Origin: Alphaproteobacteria bacterium
GTDB lineage: Bacteria > Pseudomonadota > Alphaproteobacteria > GCA-2731375
Direction: 5' to 3'
Assembly (NCBI GenBank): GCA_965225945.1
Contig: CBDDBZ010000035.1
Span: 256,001-320,000 of the forward strand
DNA length: 64,000 bases
In this document: positions 59,749 to 64,000 of the stretch, piece after piece
How the letters are laid out: each line of letters begins with the position of its first letter
Position numbering within the stretch: position 1 is the stretch's first letter
Made by a program: the position numbers and the translations under genes
Notes under the pieces: model-generated
The model's input: only the letters and a program-made list of their open reading frames with translations
Told to the model about the DNA's origin: nothing
The model's database searches: none

Positions 59749-60639
59749 TCACGCCTCGACCAGGGGCACGATCAAGGCCGCCGCCGCCGCGCGAAATTCA
59801 TCCGCCATCGCCTCGGGCCGGCGGCGATCCAGGTTCAGCAGCACGCCATACTGGCTGAGCTCCGCCGACAGCACCCCGCTCCGTCGGTTGTAGAGTCGGT
59901 GGACGACGCGGATCGAGGAGCGGCCCAGATGCGCGAGCCCGCTCCTGACCTCGACCAGGTCGCCGGCCGAGAGCTCGGCGAAGAAGCCGAGCTGGAATTC
60001 GAAGGTCGAGAAGCCCAGCCGGCCCTCCCGCATCATCGTCGGCGTCATGCCCATATGTGCCAGGATATGGCCCAGCGCCGCCGTGAAGCGATGGACGTAG
60101 AACTGGAAGCCGACATGGCCGATGACGTCGACCTCCCAGGGTTTGGTCGTGTCGCGACCCGTCAGCACCAGCTCCGCATCCGCGCTCGGGGAGGGCCGAG
60201 GCTCCCTCGGATCGCCGTCCCAATCGATCTGGCGCGCGCGCAGGCGGTCCAGGTCGGCCATTGCGATCGGCTCCGATTTGCGCTTGGCCATGTCGAAGTG
60301 GATCATGGTCTGTTCCATCGTCGCGGCGAGCTCGCCGGTGGCCGAGTTGAACAGCTTGTGGCCGAGCTTGATCCGCTTGCCCTCGGCCTCGATCAGGCCG
60401 CTCGCGATCTGGAAGACGTCGCCGCCGCGCAACTCCGAGGCGTAGCGGACGTAGGCATCGACGGTGGCCAAGCCACGGCCCTCGCGTTCCATGTAGCTCT
60501 TGCCGAGGTCCAGCGCCTCGTTGCAGGCGAGGGAGGCATCCGAAAAGCGCTCGAAATAGTAGGCGACGGTGAAGTGCTCCACCGTGTCGCATTCCCACGC
60601 CGCCACCTGGCCGCGCACGGTCTCGATCATCTCGCCCAT
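59749..60639 (-). CDS. Double hot-dog acyl-CoA thioesterase
   Basis: Two domains: WECDTVEHF...Y..RF and WEVDVIGHV...Y.HRF. Confidence 0.85.
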   Translation of the reverse strand: MGEMIETVRGQVAAWECDTVEHFTVAYYFERFSDASLACNEALDLGKSYMEREGRGLATVDAYVRYASELRGGDVFQIASGLIEAEGKRIKLGHKLFNSATGELAATMEQTMIHFDMAKRKSEPIAMADLDRLRARQIDWDGDPREPRPSPSADAELVLTGRDTTKPWEVDVIGHVGFQFYVHRFTAALGHILAHMGMTPTMMREGRLGFSTFEFQLGFFAELSAGDLVEVRSGLAHLGRSSIRVVHRLYNRRSGVLSAELSQYGVLLNLDRRRPEAMADEFRAAAAALIVPLVEA

Positions 60640-60751
60640 CACCCCTCCTCGTCTCGGCCGCGCCGTTTCCGGGCCGCCACCTTGCCTTCCCGCCCCGCTC
60701 CGGCGCAAGCCTCGGTGGGCGGGAATGCCCCAAGCGCGGCCCTCCGGCGCG

Positions 60752-61135
60752 ATGATCCGAAAGCGCGAGGTCGGCTTCCTCGACCGTGTCGACGGCCGAA
60801 GCGTGGAAGCCAGGCGGTACCGCGAAGTGTATCGACACCTGGTGTTCGCCATCGATGGCGACGCCGAACTCTACGAGGCCCAACGTCAGCTCGTCCGCAG
60901 GGCGTGCACCCTAATAGTGGAATCGGAGCGCATGGAGACGGCTCAGGCCAAGGGCGAGCAAATCGACTTCGAGACCTACCGCAAGCTCACCAACACCCTG
61001 TCACGGCTCTTCCGCGCCCTGGGCATCGAGACCACGGGTGTTGCCTCCACATCACCGGTCATGGCCCTGGACGAATATGTGGCCAGGCAGCAGCCGGAAG
61101 CCGGGGATCTGGGGGAGGGCGACGAGGCGGCATAG
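60752..61135 (+). CDS. Hypothetical protein, possibly phage-derived
   Basis: VDGRSVEARRYRE...LVRRA..L....E.ME...GE.ID...Y..LT..L.R....LG; recalled pattern, not searched. Confidence 0.5.
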   Translation: MIRKREVGFLDRVDGRSVEARRYREVYRHLVFAIDGDAELYEAQRQLVRRACTLIVESERMETAQAKGEQIDFETYRKLTNTLSRLFRALGIETTGVASTSPVMALDEYVARQQPEAGDLGEGDEAA

Positions 61136-61461
61136 GGGGCAAATGGCGGAATGTCCGGCATCGCCGGTCTACGTCCGGTTGACCCCCAACAGTTGCCGTT
61201 ATATTAGGGAGCGCTAACAGGCGACTCCTTGACCCAAACCGGAAATCTGTGGACCCCTTTTCTTGAAGGGGCTAGCCTTAGCCTGAGGCGCCGCCAAGGG
61301 CAGAGGGGTCGTGTCTAGCTAGTTGGGCATTCGCCTCAACACGCCTACGCGGCCAAAGTAGTGGAGCTGCAGGCTCATGGTAAATCTGCTAACATCGTCG
61401 CTCGTACCGTAGGAGAGAAGAATCGGTCGAGCGAGCACCGTGCTGATCGTTCAATGTACTA

Positions 61462-62673
61462 GTGTCCCGATTCCGAAGTTCGCATGATTTTCGCCTGCTG
61501 TTCAGCGATTTCGATTGTTCGGAGGCAGAAGCGCTGATCCTCAATCAATGAAGTGACGGTTTACTTCATGATGGCGCCGAGGATGTCATCGGCGGATTTG
61601 GTCCATTTGAAGGGTTTGGGGTTCTGGTTTGTCGTGTCGATGTAGTCGAGGATGGTGCGCTCCAACTCCTTGGTGGAGCGATGGACGCCGCGCCTGATCT
61701 GCTTGTCGGTCAGCAGCCCGAACCAGCGCTCGACCTGGTTGAGCCAGGAGGCGCTGGTGGGTGTGAAATGGGCCTGCCAGCGCGGCCGTTTGGCGAACCA
61801 GTCGCGGATCGCCTTGGTCTTGTGGGTCCCGTAGTTGTCCATGACGATGTGGATGTCGAGATCAGCAGGGACGTTCGCCTCGACGAGGTCGAGGAATTTG
61901 CGGAACTCTCGGGCCCGATGGCGCGGGAAACATTTGCCGATGATCTCTCCCGTGGCGATGTCGAGGGCCGCGAAGAGAGAGGTCGTGCCGTGGCGCTTGT
62001 AGTCGTGGCTGCGCCGCTCCGCCTGCCCGGGGCGCATCGGCAAGAGGGGCTGGGAACGGTCCAAGGCCTGGATCTGGCTCTTTTCGTCGACACAGAGAAC
62101 CAGGGCACGATCCGGCGGCGCCAAATACAGACCGACGATGTCGCGGACCTTCTCCACGAAGAAGGGATCGCTCGACAGCTTGAAGGTCTCCGAGCGATGC
62201 GGCTGCAAGCCGAAGGCCCGCCAGATGCGATGAATGGTCGAGGGCGCGTGGCCGCTCGCCCGCGCCATCGAGCGAAGGCTCCAATGGGTCGCGTCCGGCG
62301 GCGTCTCTTCCAGCGTCAGCCGGACCGCTTCCGCGATGGCGTCATCGCCGATTTGACGCGGCGCGCCGGGGCGGGGTTCGTCGTACAGACCGTCGAGGCC
62401 CTCCGCCGCATAGCGGCGACGCCACTTGCCCACGGTGTCCGCGCTCGCCTCGAGACGAACGGCGATCTCCTTGTTCTCCAACCCTTCCGCCGCCGCCAAG
62501 ACGATCCGAGCCCGCCGCGCAAGCCCCTGCGACGTCTTGCGACGACGAGACAGCGCCTCCAATTCGGCGCGCTCGTCATCGCTCAAAGAGATCGTCACCG
62601 CCACTCTCGCCATCAATCGCGCCTCCTGAAAACAAATAGAGATATAATCATATCAATTTATCGATCAGGACAC
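61462..62673 (-). mobile_element. IS630-family element
   Basis: Ends GTGTCCCGAT / ATCAGGACAC with TA (CTAG context) on both sides. Confidence 0.92.
61561..62616 (-). CDS. IS630 transposase, C-terminally truncated by a 33-nt insert
   Basis: [28 protein letters not shown]; tail QRFCLRTIE...SESGH* resumes in frame at 61536. Confidence 0.9.
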   Translation of the reverse strand: MMARVAVTISLSDDERAELEALSRRRKTSQGLARRARIVLAAAEGLENKEIAVRLEASADTVGKWRRRYAAEGLDGLYDEPRPGAPRQIGDDAIAEAVRLTLEETPPDATHWSLRSMARASGHAPSTIHRIWRAFGLQPHRSETFKLSSDPFFVEKVRDIVGLYLAPPDRALVLCVDEKSQIQALDRSQPLLPMRPGQAERRSHDYKRHGTTSLFAALDIATGEIIGKCFPRHRAREFRKFLDLVEANVPADLDIHIVMDNYGTHKTKAIRDWFAKRPRWQAHFTPTSASWLNQVERWFGLLTDKQIRRGVHRSTKELERTILDYIDTTNQNPKPFKWTKSADDILGAIMK

Positions 62674-62735
62674 TAGGCCTGAATATTACCGGTTATCCAA
62701 GCAAGGCGGCGTTGCCAGTAGGAAGGAACCAAAAC

Positions 62736-63938
62736 ATGTACAGCAGACTAATCAGCCTCTTTTTCGGGTTTTGGCTTGCGCAAGCATTAATGCCGGGCCA
62801 AGTATTTGCCGATCACAGGCCGAACAACATCGCCGTCATGGGCGGCTCGTGGTCTGTGACCGGGAAATACTTAGGAGCAGGCGACAGCTTCCTCAAGGGA
62901 CGAGAATTGTACGTCGAACAGCTGAATGCCAGGGGTGGCCTATTGGGTCACAAGGTCGAACTCAAAATCCTTGACGACAAGTCCGAACGGCGGAACGCTA
63001 TCAAACTGTACGAGAAGCTCATCACGGAAAACTCGGTAGACATTATCCTGGGGCCGTATACCAGTCACATAGCCGACGCTGTGGCGAATGTCATGGAACT
63101 CCATAAACGGCCGTTCATAGCTCTTGGGGCAGTTTCCCCGGTAATTTTTCAGAGAGGACGAAAATATGTTTTCAGACCGGTTAGTGTAGTCTCGCAAGAT
63201 TATCAGAAAGGCACACTTCTTCTCGCGAAACAGACGGGGGTATCGCATATCGCAGTTATCGGCATGGAGCACAAATTTCCCCGACAGGTTACCGAAGGTA
63301 CCTTGAAGTGGGCGCGAAAATATGGACTAGAGGTCGTTTTGCTCGAAATTTATCGGTGGGATGAAAAAGAATTCGTGGATTTGATACGAAGAATCGCGGC
63401 AAGCGGGGCGGAGGCGATATTTTCAAATGGCCAGTTTTTCGATTCGGTGTATCAGATCCGTCAGCTCCAGGAACAGAACATCGATCTAAGACTATTTTCG
63501 TCTGCCCTCGCGCCAGCCACCCCAGAATTCATTGACGAATTGGGGTCGTTAGCCGAATACGTTCTCGGATTCAGCCAGTGGCAGCCCAATCCAGAGCAAG
63601 GCTTTTCGAACATCGAAAATTTCATCGCGACATACAAAGACCGCTATGGCGCCGTGCCCAATTATCGTGCGGCTCGCGCGTATGCGGCGATGCAGGTATT
63701 GGAGGCAGCGGCAAAGCGGGCGGGAAGTTTCGATCCGCAGAAGCTGCGCGATGCGTTATCCTCTATCAGGGTTGACACTGTTATGGGGCCTTGGGAGGTA
63801 GACGATACCGGCTTCATGAGCACGCAGCCAACGATAATTCAGATCCAAAAGGGCCGGCGTGTGATCGTTTGGCCATCGCACTTGGCAGAGGCTCAGTTCT
63901 TACCGATGCCTAAATGGAAAGACAGGATCAAGAATTAG
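62736..63938 (+). CDS. LivJ/LivK-type ABC substrate-binding protein
   Basis: Signal peptide, LNARGGLLG.KVEL..LDDKS, LGPYTS, QIQKG...IVWP; lower GC. Confidence 0.88.
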   Translation: MYSRLISLFFGFWLAQALMPGQVFADHRPNNIAVMGGSWSVTGKYLGAGDSFLKGRELYVEQLNARGGLLGHKVELKILDDKSERRNAIKLYEKLITENSVDIILGPYTSHIADAVANVMELHKRPFIALGAVSPVIFQRGRKYVFRPVSVVSQDYQKGTLLLAKQTGVSHIAVIGMEHKFPRQVTEGTLKWARKYGLEVVLLEIYRWDEKEFVDLIRRIAASGAEAIFSNGQFFDSVYQIRQLQEQNIDLRLFSSALAPATPEFIDELGSLAEYVLGFSQWQPNPEQGFSNIENFIATYKDRYGAVPNYRAARAYAAMQVLEAAAKRAGSFDPQKLRDALSSIRVDTVMGPWEVDDTGFMSTQPTIIQIQKGRRVIVWPSHLAEAQFLPMPKWKDRIKN

Positions 63939-64000
63939 GTCAAGTTCGACATGCCAAGAATCATAATGGCAACGTGCAACGGGCACAATTAACAGGCAAG

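Overview
High-GC alphaproteobacterial chromosome segment (RcdA/DUF1465, YgfZ, DUF1491, PepN, RpoH/ROSE-controlled small heat-shock genes). Housekeeping and catabolic genes alternate with visibly lower-GC accessory patches. The region is heavily colonised by mobile DNA and is eroding. Mobile elements: two copies of a 1420-bp IS3-like element that each make a 14-bp target duplication; two copies of a 1223-bp IS4-family element; an IS21; an IS630; a transposase-free 745-bp cassette with terminal inverted repeats and an 8-bp duplication; and a four-level nest (palindromic repeat > IS4 > IS21 > IS3-like). The best candidates for new biology are (i) a class III adenylate cyclase fused behind an SDR domain that lacks its YxxxK catalytic motif, and (ii) the neighbouring type I R-M operon with a Septu/PtuAB-like ATPase+HNH pair inserted between hsdS and hsdR. 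That operon is now partly decayed and has a poly-T frameshift in hsdS. Several genes are broken by short foreign scars. All calls come from motif reading by eye; no database searches were run.
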